Shown here: one piece after another, positions 1 through 7,554 of the stretch | Numbering within the stretch: position 1 is the stretch's first letter | Layout: every line of letters starts with the position of its first letter | Assembly (NCBI GenBank): GCA_003649205.1 | Contig: QMRC01000017.1 | Coordinates: 1 to 22,571, forward strand | Reading direction: 5' to 3' | Source of the DNA: Thermoprotei archaeon | GTDB lineage: Archaea; Thermoproteota; Thermoprotei; Thermoproteales; B15-G16 | DNA: 22,571 nucleotides | Translations under genes and position numbers: made by a program | The notes under the pieces: model-generated | Seen by the model: the letters and a program-made list of their open reading frames with translations, nothing else | Database searches by the model: none | Told to the model about the DNA's origin: nothing

Positions 1-123
1 GTTGATGAGGGAATTACTGTGGAGAAGAGGTTTAGGGGGCAAAGACACGAGAAACAAAAACAAAAACCCCTAAACCAAACACACACAAAAACAAACAAAA
101 CACAAAACAAAACAACAAAAACA
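1..123 (+). repeat. Left inverted terminal repeat (123 bp)
   Basis: 1-123 is the reverse complement of 22449-22571; identity stops at 124/22448. It includes an A/C-only tract (~51-123, apart from one T). Confidence 0.98.
29..76. promoter_or_regulatory. IR-N28 site 1 (GGTTTAGGGG-N28-CCCCTAAACC), left ITR
   Basis: Arms at 29-38 and 67-76, a perfect 10-bp inverted repeat with a 28-bp spacer. Confidence 0.85.
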
Positions 124-220
124 AAAAGAAATGAACAACAGTAACAACACGCACAAGTGCAAAAATGCAGGAACAAACATAGAAAACAGGAAACAAAGAA
201 AAATGAAAGTAAAAAATGAG

Positions 221-487
221 TTATTCTTCGTAGCTTTCTAGCTTTTCAATGTCTTCGAGCATGAATCTACAGAGGTCTTTGAAGTCCCTGCTCACTTTCT
301 CATACTGAATAATCTGATGCAACACAAACACTAGACTCGGCAACTTTGAGGAACGTAGATTGTTGAGCTTAATCATGAGTTCGCTTACAAGCTCTTTCTC
401 TCTGTCGTTCTTTGGTTGATAAAGTGCTAGCTTTGTCATGTACTTTGTTCTAAATTCATACAACTTCATTTCCTGACACCCACCCAT
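221..487 (-). CDS. Hypothetical helical protein (probable start at the ATG of MKLYEF, ~469)
   Basis: ORF coupled to the upstream 217-aa gene; the ATG overlaps its stop. Confidence 0.7.
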   Translation of the reverse strand: MGGCQEMKLYEFRTKYMTKLALYQPKNDREKELVSELMIKLNNLRSSKLPSLVFVLHQIIQYEKVSRDFKDLCRFMLEDIEKLESYEE

Positions 488-1119
488 GCATATTCCTTTA
501 GTACTTCAACAATTTCCTCGACGTTTACATCTATCTTGCTTGCATACCAACACTTCTCGGCTGGATTCCACCTAAATCCATGTCTCTTTAGTACATCTTT
601 CACATCATATGTCTTTCCAGTTACCTTGACTATGTCACCACAGTCATGAACAATAACTCTAGGTCTGTGATTATCACCATTATCCTTCAGAACAACCTTG
701 AGACCAAGCTTATCGTTAACATAGTACGTTACAGTAGCCTTTGATACGTACTTCACACCATTAATCTCTTGTTCCTTCTCAATAACTTCAGAAACAACTT
801 CACCTTCACCCTTTGTAACTCTAGGAGCATAGATATTCCTACTTGACTTGCTTTCCTCTATTACTGCAACAACAATTTCTTCAGGAACGTAAATGAACCT
901 GTGCGCATTTTTCCTGCTATCTCTGTTCTCTACTGTTATCTTGTAGGTCTTACCATCAATACTTATTGTCTTTACTAATTTCTGTCCTCTCTCCAGACCA
1001 GCAGTCTCCTTAAGTGGATCCAACACCTTACCATTTTTCAAAACCACAAATTCTCGTTTATATTGACCAAATGACCCCCAAGTTTTGTATTCTACCATTA
1101 TCTCGCCCACGTTTCTCAC
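466..1119 (-). CDS. Hypothetical protein with C-terminal DUF5710-like small domain
   Basis: 217 aa; C-terminal motif GKTYDVKDVLKRHGFRWNPAEKCWY resembles the KD.LK..G.RW.P..K.WY domain; GAGGTGA RBS-like motif at the 5' end and TTAAATA upstream. Confidence 0.7.
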   Translation of the reverse strand: MRNVGEIMVEYKTWGSFGQYKREFVVLKNGKVLDPLKETAGLERGQKLVKTISIDGKTYKITVENRDSRKNAHRFIYVPEEIVVAVIEESKSSRNIYAPRVTKGEGEVVSEVIEKEQEINGVKYVSKATVTYYVNDKLGLKVVLKDNGDNHRPRVIVHDCGDIVKVTGKTYDVKDVLKRHGFRWNPAEKCWYASKIDVNVEEIVEVLKEYAWVGVRK

Positions 1120-1146
1120 CTCTGTGAAATGTGTTGTTTTGTGTGA

Positions 1147-1153
1147 TATTTAA
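1147..1153 (-). promoter_or_regulatory. TATA box (TTAAATA) for the leftward terminal operon
   Basis: The same heptamer precedes several other transcription units (4496, 5861, 8758 minus strand, 9097). Confidence 0.55.
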
Positions 1154-1257
1154 AAGTTTCATTATGAGGTACCGTGTAGAGGTACCATACATCAAGTTCA
1201 TTGAGCTGAGCACATCACAACTAAACAACGAATCAAGAGAAGACTGCTAAATATTGC

Positions 1258-1569
1258 GTGGTGAGTAGCATACACTGTATGGAGTACGGAAGCTTGCTTA
1301 AGATGTTGATAAGGTACCTTGAGGATCAGAAGAGGAGTGCTAGGGGGAATGTGGTTACTGTGACGGTGAAGAAAGTGCGTTCATATGCTGGTTTCAGGAG
1401 ATTGAATCCGCAGATGATGGGTAGGGTCTTGGATTTCTACTTAACTCTGCTCGAAGTTCATGGTTACTGTCGTTCAGAGAGGAGAGCGAGACATAAGATC
1501 TACTACTTCAAGAAAGATGACTTAGATGATGCAATCTTGTACTTGAAGAGGTACTTAGGGGAGGGGTGA
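1258..1569 (+). CDS. Putative winged-helix DNA-binding protein
   Basis: Basic 103-aa ORF; helix-helix then LEVHGYCRSERRARHKIYYF wing-like hairpin. Confidence 0.55.
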   Translation: MVSSIHCMEYGSLLKMLIRYLEDQKRSARGNVVTVTVKKVRSYAGFRRLNPQMMGRVLDFYLTLLEVHGYCRSERRARHKIYYFKKDDLDDAILYLKRYLGEG

Positions 1570-1572
1570 GCA

Positions 1573-1920
1573 GTGTCTAGGTTAAAACTCAATACCTTTT
1601 TCTCTGGTGCTGACATGTATACACGGCTTGCTGTTGTGAGTGCTCTCAACTATATTCGATTTGTAATTGAGGAACAGGGTGTTAACCCGTTCTATGTCTA
1701 TCGGAGATATGATAAGTTTGTTAAGTACGCTATTGAGAGTGCTGAGGCTTATGCTAGATTACCTTCAGAGATAAAGCAAGTATTACTTGCTGAGCTTAAG
1801 AGACAAAAGAAATTGGTGTTCTGGTACTGGATTAGGAAGCACGTGAGGAAATTGAGGTACTTGCTGTGGAAATTCGTTGTCATGGAGGTGTTGTCTATTG
1901 CTTTCAGGTTACGTCGTTGA
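1573..1920 (+). CDS. Hypothetical basic helical protein
   Basis: 115 aa; GGGGTGA RBS just upstream; in operon with neighbours. Confidence 0.7.
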   Translation: MSRLKLNTFFSGADMYTRLAVVSALNYIRFVIEEQGVNPFYVYRRYDKFVKYAIESAEAYARLPSEIKQVLLAELKRQKKLVFWYWIRKHVRKLRYLLWKFVVMEVLSIAFRLRR

Positions 1921-2161
1921 TTACGTAGCTGACATTTTTTATGATTACTTGATTGAGAGGGGATTTAGTAGGAATTCAGCTAGGTTCTATAGATGGGTTG
2001 CTAAGAAGGTTATGAGAGGTGAGACACCTAATATCGACGTGAGTGATAGCACGATCAGGAATACTAAGCTTGCTATTATCCTTTTCAAGGACTTTGTCAC
2101 TAAGCACATGGATTTCTTCAGGCAAAGGGGTATTGACCTAGATTTTGTCCTTGACTTCTAG
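1898..2161 (+). CDS. Stand-alone tyrosine-recombinase N-terminal SAM-like (core-binding) domain protein
   Basis: FYDYLIERGFSRNSARFY...SDSTIRNTKLAIILFKDF fits the F..YL...G.S..T...Y / S.ST......A...F..F pattern; no catalytic R-H-R-Y domain. TTG start at 1898 inferred from the GGAGGTG RBS at 1884-1890. Confidence 0.6.
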   Translation: MLSGYVVDYVADIFYDYLIERGFSRNSARFYRWVAKKVMRGETPNIDVSDSTIRNTKLAIILFKDFVTKHMDFFRQRGIDLDFVLDF

Positions 2162-2431
2162 CTACATCAGGTACTGTGTTTCTTCCTTTGCTTCGATGTC
2201 GAATTTGCTGAAGTACATGTCCTCGAAGGACAAGATGATCATTCGTGAGCAATTATCAGCTACCTGTTCTCTCTCTGCTTCATTACGTATGTTCTCTGTG
2301 ATGTACTTCTTAATGATGTGTTTCAGTACGATATAGCTTATCTCAGCTACCTTAGAGCTAAACCACATGCTAGCCTTCAAGCTGAGACACACTAGGTGCA
2401 CTATGAGCTTATCCTTCTTGCTCACAGACAT
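2162..2431 (-). CDS. Hypothetical protein (likely start ATG 2431, MSVSKK)
   Basis: ORF-track frame 2162-2560; the upstream extension overlaps the IR-N28 site; TATA-like TTAAAAG ~30 bp upstream of 2431. Confidence 0.55.
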   Translation of the reverse strand: MSVSKKDKLIVHLVCLSLKASMWFSSKVAEISYIVLKHIIKKYITENIRNEAEREQVADNCSRMIILSFEDMYFSKFDIEAKEETQYLM

Positions 2432-2490
2432 GGTTATCCATATTGCAGAAGCCGATCCGCTTTTAAGGATACTAACTTTTCTGCTGAAGA

Positions 2491-2538
2491 GGTTTAGGGG
2501 GCATTTTGCTCCAGAGGGGAGACAATACCCCCTAAACC
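2491..2538. promoter_or_regulatory. IR-N28 site 2
   Basis: GGTTTAGGGG 2491-2500 and CCCCTAAACC 2529-2538; GAAGAGGTTTAGGGGGCA is shared with the ITR. Confidence 0.85.
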
Positions 2539-2704
2539 TTCGAGAAGGAAAAAGAAGCAAGGAAGGGGGCGGAGAAGGGAGCGTATGCTGAATGCGGTGT
2601 ATACACGGCTATATACGAACATACGAATTATTTCCGTAAATAAGTAATAGGAACTATTATTGGAAGTCTTTTCACATGTTCTTCACAAGCTATATCACTG
2701 ATGA

Positions 2705-2776
2705 TCATAAACCAGTTATTTTAACTAAACCTTATCTTCAAGGTAGCTTTTTGCTCTCATAAACCAGTTATTTTAA
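2705..2776 (+). repeat. Pair of perfect 20-bp direct repeats TCATAAACCAGTTATTTTAA
   Basis: Copies at 2705-2724 and 2757-2776, 32-bp spacer, in an AT-rich intergenic region. Confidence 0.9.
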
Positions 2777-2913
2777 GCAAAGAGTACTCAAGTCATGAGC
2801 AGGTACATAGCTTAATTGTGTAGATTAACTTATTAAGAAGTAGTAGGTATTAGGTTTGAGTCTCAGATCACTCATCCATCATCACAAAAATCAGATGCAG
2901 GTACGACAGCACC

Positions 2914-3507
2914 ATGGTGTGCTACAGTTATGACACAGTAATAAGCTTTGCGTTACGAACGCTAAAGGCACTCTTTAGTAGGGGTATTGCTGAGGTACTT
3001 GCACAGTCAGCATTCTACAAGGACATGGTGGTGAAGATCGAAGACAAAATCAGCAAGTATAGACACATCATTGTGATTAAGGTACTTGAGCAGAGAACAC
3101 CACTATCACCTGCTGTAGCTGACCTCAGACTTGAACGAGAGTGGAAACGGGTAAGTAATGTACTAGCACCTACAGAACAAAGTGAAAGCGATATGACAAT
3201 CATAATCGTGGGGAGATACACGTCCGGCGTAATGAGGAAAAGCTACATCTACAGAAAGCTTAGCGGAAGAACAATAATGGTTTACTACTTACAAGCAAGG
3301 TATAGAAGCATAGAGGAAATACTACGAAAGATAATTGGATTAATTACGAACTTCTACAGAAAGACAGTGCTTGGTATCAAAGCAAAGCTACAGCGACTAG
3401 AGGAACAAGGACTCAACACAGCAAACACAAGAATAGCACAAATACAGAGCTTCCTAGTCGCTATATTGCGATTACTAGAAACCCAGCTCACAGACTCATT
3501 GACGTAA
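2914..3507 (+). CDS. Hypothetical protein with C-terminal coiled coil
   Basis: 197-aa ORF with typical codon usage; no recognised motif. Confidence 0.75.
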   Translation: MVCYSYDTVISFALRTLKALFSRGIAEVLAQSAFYKDMVVKIEDKISKYRHIIVIKVLEQRTPLSPAVADLRLEREWKRVSNVLAPTEQSESDMTIIIVGRYTSGVMRKSYIYRKLSGRTIMVYYLQARYRSIEEILRKIIGLITNFYRKTVLGIKAKLQRLEEQGLNTANTRIAQIQSFLVAILRLLETQLTDSLT

Positions 3508-3560
3508 AATGAGTACATTGTGAAGAAAGTGCAGGTAATTATGAACGTGCTTGAGTGAGC

Positions 3561-3767
3561 TTACCTGTAGATTGTTAGGATTTCACGCTCTAGTTGCTCA
3601 CTTCTATCAAGGTTTATGCGGTAGATCCCGATTGCAAGGCTTCTGTAGAATCTCTTCTCTTCGTTGTCGTACCATTCTCGGTAGTAGAATCTGTAGTAGA
3701 GGAGTGGTGTGTGCTTTATCAATCGCTTGACCTCTACCTTGTACCTGTAGATAGGGAGCTTCAACAC
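3561..3767 (-). CDS. Small Tyr/Arg-rich hypothetical protein
   Basis: 68 aa; GGGGTGA RBS; third gene of a minus-strand run. Confidence 0.65.
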   Translation of the reverse strand: MLKLPIYRYKVEVKRLIKHTPLLYYRFYYREWYDNEEKRFYRSLAIGIYRINLDRSEQLEREILTIYR

Positions 3768-3775
3768 ATCACCCC

Positions 3776-3952
3776 CTACGTAAATCCAAGCTTCTTAAGC
3801 ACGAGTGTGTATAGCTCAAGTTCTTGCTCTTTGTTTAAACCATAGCGTAATGCTACGTAGTGAATAACAGGGTGAATATTACCTTTCCTAATCTCAATGC
3901 ATCTTTTAACCAGCTTAGCAACCTCATCAGCTAACCTATCGAGATCAACCAT
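3776..3952 (-). CDS. Small hypothetical protein (58 aa, not in ORF track)
   Basis: MVDLDRLADEVAKLVKRCIEIRKGNIHPVIHYVALRYGLNKEQELELYTLVLKKLGFT*; AGGTGA RBS; fills the gap between neighbours. Confidence 0.75.
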   Translation of the reverse strand: MVDLDRLADEVAKLVKRCIEIRKGNIHPVIHYVALRYGLNKEQELELYTLVLKKLGFT

Positions 3953-3966
3953 ACTACATCACCTAC

Positions 3967-4230
3967 TCACTCATGTAGGATAAGTGTCCAAGCTCTCTTC
4001 AGTAGCTCAGTATTTCCCTCAGTAGCAAGTTCCTTAGCTTTCTCAACAGCTTCATTGTATGTCTCACATACACACTTTACCTTACCACTCTCATCAGTAA
4101 TTAAGTAAGCAAATTCCTCACTTTCCTTCAACCTCACAGCAAAGATCCAAACCTCCCTCCAACCACACCTCACCCTACCAATGAACTTAATGCACTCAAT
4201 CTCCATACCACACACCAAGACACGTAACAC
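3967..4230 (-). CDS. Hypothetical protein (likely start at MEIECI)
   Basis: 87-aa ORF heading the minus-strand operon. Confidence 0.65.
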   Translation of the reverse strand: MLRVLVCGMEIECIKFIGRVRCGWREVWIFAVRLKESEEFAYLITDESGKVKCVCETYNEAVEKAKELATEGNTELLKRAWTLILHE

Positions 4231-4261
4231 ATAACATAGTTAATAATGTTGTTTCATTGTG

Positions 4262-4463
4262 ACACAGCAGTAACACACGAAGCACCGCCGACAGCAAATC
4301 CCACACACAGAAGCCAACCCCTCAAGACAAAACACCTAACGACACAACGCAATGATTTTACACGAATTCCCAAGTATAACCAGTTAACAAAAAGAAAAAC
4401 CAATTAAATCATAGTGACGAACCCCCAACATAGCTCTACATAGCAGGGGGGTAGCTAGGGGTC
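4262..4463 (+). repeat. Dispersed ~200-bp repeat, copy A
   Basis: Shares CACGAAGCACCGCC, ACAGCAAA, CCCCTCAAGACAAA, GACAC, CACGA, TAACC(A/G)GTT and the CCCCC...GGGGG hairpin with copy B, and most blocks with copy C. Confidence 0.85.
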
Positions 4464-4495
4464 ATCACAGCAAACACCCCCTCAAGACAAAACTC

Positions 4496-4522
4496 TTAAA
4501 TATTGGTTAAACCGGTTAAACC
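4496..4522 (+). promoter_or_regulatory. TATA box plus tandem GGTTAAACC operator-like repeat
   Basis: TTAAATA 4496-4502, then GGTTAAACC twice (4505-4513, 4514-4522) directly before the ATG at 4523. Confidence 0.6.
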
Positions 4523-5050
4523 ATGGAGGTGAGGGGTGTGGTCTATAGGGAAACCGTACACGGGAAATATGTCCCTAAGGTGTATGGTTTGGTAATTACA
4601 CATGGCGTTAGTTACTCGGGTACAAAGGTCGGTAAACACAAGCTCATAGAGTCGAAGCTAAGACAGTGCGAAGAATGGTTTGAAGTTAAATTCGTTAGAA
4701 TTGCTCCGGGGGTCTTTGTAACCGATCGGAAATACTCAGTGAATAAGCTAAAGAGGTGCTTACAGTGGTTACAAGATGAGCTTCCCGGAATAACGGTATT
4801 CCTAGCAAAAAAGCCAAGTATTAGGGTCAAAGACGTAGAGGAAGAAGAAGTGATTCCAGTAGAACAAGCACCAAAGACAACACCAGAGAGCAAGGTAAAG
4901 AGAATAGAGCTGGAGTGGGAAGCAAAGATCACTGCTCAACACAGCACATGGTACCTAACAATACCAAAGGACGTTAAGGAAAGACTACTACAGTTAGGTA
5001 TTCAAAAAGGAAGCACAATCAGAGTAAGGTTCATAGCAAAGGTGAGGTAG
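4523..5050 (+). CDS. Two-domain protein with C-terminal AbrB/SpoVT-like DNA-binding domain
   Basis: C-terminus AKITAQHSTWYLTIPKDVKERLLQLGIQKGSTIRVRF matches the swapped-hairpin pattern (LTIPK.....LG...G..V.V). Confidence 0.7.
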   Translation: MEVRGVVYRETVHGKYVPKVYGLVITHGVSYSGTKVGKHKLIESKLRQCEEWFEVKFVRIAPGVFVTDRKYSVNKLKRCLQWLQDELPGITVFLAKKPSIRVKDVEEEEVIPVEQAPKTTPESKVKRIELEWEAKITAQHSTWYLTIPKDVKERLLQLGIQKGSTIRVRFIAKVR

Positions 5051-5383
5051 ATGGGAAGAAGGAAGAAGACTTCTACTATTTCTCTAGCAGAGATAAGAAG
5101 ACAACAGAGAAAAAGAACTGCAAGGAAACGCAGTAATCTAACATACATCACTGATACATGGAAATGCCCAAAGTGCGGTAGCTACAGACACATAGGTCTT
5201 TACGTCGTTGATTACGAACAACATATCGACAGCTGGGAAGCAACAGACATATTACTATGCATGAACTGCGGAACAGTGTACAAAGTCCGGTACCAAGTCT
5301 TCAAAAACATAGAGGATATACATTGTACAGCAATCCTAGAAAAAAGAGTAATAGGTAGATTAGATCCATCCGAATTTGCTTAA
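5051..5383 (+). CDS. Zn-ribbon protein with basic N-terminus
   Basis: CPKC...CMNC; GAGGT RBS. Confidence 0.75.
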   Translation: MGRRKKTSTISLAEIRRQQRKRTARKRSNLTYITDTWKCPKCGSYRHIGLYVVDYEQHIDSWEATDILLCMNCGTVYKVRYQVFKNIEDIHCTAILEKRVIGRLDPSEFA

Positions 5384-5811
5384 GCTTCTTTCTTTTCATC
5401 TAGCTTCTTCTTTATGTAGTTTTTCACTGCTATTGCTGATGGTTCTAGCTCTATTGTTGCTGTTGGTAGGATAACGCACACACGTATCCTGTTCTCAACA
5501 TCATCGTACACCATCACAGCTTGCTTAAACCTCTCATCAAATGTCTTTAGAGTAATGATGAAGTCGTTAAAGTCATGGAACCACAGTGTAATGTAATTAC
5601 CACGAAGTATCACAGAAGCTTTAACATCACAGTACGCATTAGCTTTAATCTTCATATCCTCGATTATTGGTTTAGCCCTCTCAAAACACTCCCTACACAT
5701 GATGCAGTTATTGAAAGCAGTGTACTCCCTAGTCATCCTACCGCAGATCAAGCACTTAGCTTCCCTCAAAGATACCATACCCACACACCAACCTAATACA
5801 GAGCAAAACAA
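5380..5811 (-). CDS. Zn-finger-containing hypothetical protein (likely start at MVSLRE)
   Basis: CLIC...CREC. Confidence 0.7.
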   Translation of the reverse strand: MFCSVLGWCVGMVSLREAKCLICGRMTREYTAFNNCIMCRECFERAKPIIEDMKIKANAYCDVKASVILRGNYITLWFHDFNDFIITLKTFDERFKQAVMVYDDVENRIRVCVILPTATIELEPSAIAVKNYIKKKLDEKKEA

Positions 5812-5906
5812 CTTATTACAGTATCAAGGACTACAGATGTACCACACTTTGTTGTACAACTTAAATACCATAGTATGTATTACACATAGAGGGGGTGTGG
5901 ATCTGT

Positions 5907-6113
5907 ATGTCACCTAGACCAAGCCAAAGAATGCAAGTAATCTGCATCTTGCTCCCACGAGACATGGTAAAGATGCTAGATCAATTAGTAGCTGAAAAGA
6001 AGTACAAGAACAGAAGCGAAGCAATAAGGGAAGCAATACGTCTATTGTTACTCTACCACACAGACATGGGGAAGCTCTACGTAAAAATGAGGAAATACGC
6101 AATGATCTGCTGA
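5907..6113 (+). CDS. Ribbon-helix-helix (CopG/NikR-like) regulator 1
   Basis: ICILLPRDMVKMLDQLV...YKNRSEAIREAIRLLL is a canonical RHH; TTAAATAC at 5861. Confidence 0.9.
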   Translation: MSPRPSQRMQVICILLPRDMVKMLDQLVAEKKYKNRSEAIREAIRLLLLYHTDMGKLYVKMRKYAMIC

Positions 6114-6125
6114 GAGGTGAGAACC

Positions 6126-6284
6126 ATGAGCAGAGACACACACATAACAGTTAGGATACCAGAGGCATTATTGAAGAAGATAGATGAATTAGTTGAACGA
6201 GGCTTCTACAAATCACGATCAGAAGCCGTAAGACACGCAATAATCCTACTACTTGAGAAACACGGACTCCTAGAGGTGAAGTAA
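6126..6284 (+). CDS. Ribbon-helix-helix regulator 2 (52 aa, not in ORF track)
   Basis: MSRDTHITVRIPEALLKKIDELVERGFYKSRSEAVRHAIILLLEKHGLLEVK*; GAGGTGA RBS. Confidence 0.9.
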   Translation: MSRDTHITVRIPEALLKKIDELVERGFYKSRSEAVRHAIILLLEKHGLLEVK

Positions 6285-6288
6285 CAAC

Positions 6289-6807
6289 ATGCAGAAAACA
6301 GACTACAGAAAACTATGGGAAGTCAGAAGAAAGCTCTACGTAGACTGGACAATAAGAGACATACTGTATAGATTGTTAATTAGGGCTAGGCTAGAAGGAA
6401 TCTACCACTACGTTCCTGCGGTCATAGACAAGATAATTGAAGACATCAATCACCTAAACGAAGTCTTCACCGTAGCAGACATGCTGAGAGCGAAAGGCTT
6501 CGCCGTATTCATACTAGAACCAGCGTGCTCCGAAGGCGATTTATTAGCAATCAAGGGCGTTAGGTCGCTACTAATCGAAGTCAAGACACACCCCCCACCA
6601 TATAAAGGACATACAGATCTCCAAAGGGATTACTACTTAGTCACAGCGGACGAACTTAGAAAACACGGTATTCAGCTCCTATATGTGTGGTTCAATAACA
6701 AGAAGAAGATCTATGAATGCACAACACCTGAGAACATGGAGGTAGTTAATGATAAGGTAATTGCAAAGAAGGTCTGGAGTTTCTGGGATTACATCAGCGG
6801 TATGTGA
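6289..6807 (+). CDS. hjc: Hjc-like Holliday junction resolvase / PD-(D/E)xK nuclease with N-terminal extension
   Basis: E...ADMLRAKGFAVF...GDLLAIKG...LIEVKT is the archaeal Hjc motif; rudiviruses encode such resolvases. Confidence 0.75.
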   Translation: MQKTDYRKLWEVRRKLYVDWTIRDILYRLLIRARLEGIYHYVPAVIDKIIEDINHLNEVFTVADMLRAKGFAVFILEPACSEGDLLAIKGVRSLLIEVKTHPPPYKGHTDLQRDYYLVTADELRKHGIQLLYVWFNNKKKIYECTTPENMEVVNDKVIAKKVWSFWDYISGM

Positions 6808-6815
6808 GGTGATGT

Positions 6816-7109
6816 ATGACCATGCTCAAGACAGTAGTTCCTTTCCTCCACATCATGTATGTACTTAGGAAGATCAAGTTAATCGAGGTCAACCTACGAA
6901 GAACGAGTACCTTTCCATTGTTCACTGGGAGCATAAAATGTAGGTTATGCGGTTATACAGTCATTCTACAGTATGACTTTATGTCTAGAGCATATGGTGA
7001 GATGTGGAGACACTTCAAGCAAAAGCACAGTGACGTACTTGAGCACGTCATTAAGAAGTACGTAGGTTCACCAAGGGATCGAAAAGTAACAGAATACATA
7101 TGCAGGTGA
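6816..7109 (+). CDS. C2H2 zinc-finger protein
   Basis: CRLCG...MWRHFKQKH; GAGGTGA RBS. Confidence 0.75.
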   Translation: MTMLKTVVPFLHIMYVLRKIKLIEVNLRRTSTFPLFTGSIKCRLCGYTVILQYDFMSRAYGEMWRHFKQKHSDVLEHVIKKYVGSPRDRKVTEYICR

Positions 7110-7408
7110 TAGGTATGGGAAAGACATTAGATGAGTGGATTAAGGAAAAAGAAAAGGAAGTGGAAGAACTTGAGCATCAGCCCACACAGCACCTACCAGA
7201 GCACAGATGTGTATTCCTACAGCTCTGCAACGTAGACAAAGAAACAGGTAAAGGACAACTACGCTGTGTATTCCTAAGCCCAGAAGAATGGAGAGCAGTA
7301 CGAAGAACATACTTGGAGAAGTACTGTCTAAGCAACTACAAGATGTGTCCAATCTACGCAAGATACATAGCACTACAACAGACACAAAACAGCAAAAACC
7401 TTCAATAA
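7100..7408 (+). CDS. Cys-rich hypothetical protein (likely start at MGKTLD)
   Basis: Several Cys including YCLSNYKMCPIY; AGGTGA RBS before the second Met. Confidence 0.7.
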   Translation: MQVIGMGKTLDEWIKEKEKEVEELEHQPTQHLPEHRCVFLQLCNVDKETGKGQLRCVFLSPEEWRAVRRTYLEKYCLSNYKMCPIYARYIALQQTQNSKNLQ

Positions 7409-7430
7409 TTGTTTCAAGCAAGCAGGTAAC

Positions 7431-7554
7431 TTTTATATAACCCGTAACACAAACGTAACACGACTGCAGTAGAGAAAGAACCCCGAGGGAAAACGGGGGT
7501 CAGAGACAAAGACAGTGAAAACCCACCCTCGGGGTACATGAGGGAGGTGGGGAG
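7431..7554 (+). promoter_or_regulatory. TATA box and structured 5' leader of the csx3-like gene
   Basis: TTTTATATAA 7431-7440; perfect inverted repeat ACCCCGAGGG 7480-7489 / CCCTCGGGGT 7526-7535; SD GAGGTGGG 7544-7551. Confidence 0.6.

Noticed and set aside
2367-2591. 74-aa + strand ORF, and the 5' extension of the minus ORF to 2560
   Set aside because: Both run across the IR-N28 site and a probable promoter; no convincing RBS or protein features.
2705-2776. Mini-CRISPR array (repeat - 32-bp spacer - repeat)
   Set aside because: Only two 20-bp repeats, shorter than typical and without an archaeal GAAA(C/G)-type end; iteron or operator is more plausible. A spacer BLAST would settle it.
2974-2990. 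Additional IR-N28 site (TAGGGGTATTG half-site)
   Set aside because: It lies inside a CDS and has no partner arm at the 28-bp spacing.
4523-4820. Bona fide Cas2
   Set aside because: Only a short RIAPGVF resemblance; it lacks the N-terminal YD motif and is fused to an AbrB-like domain.
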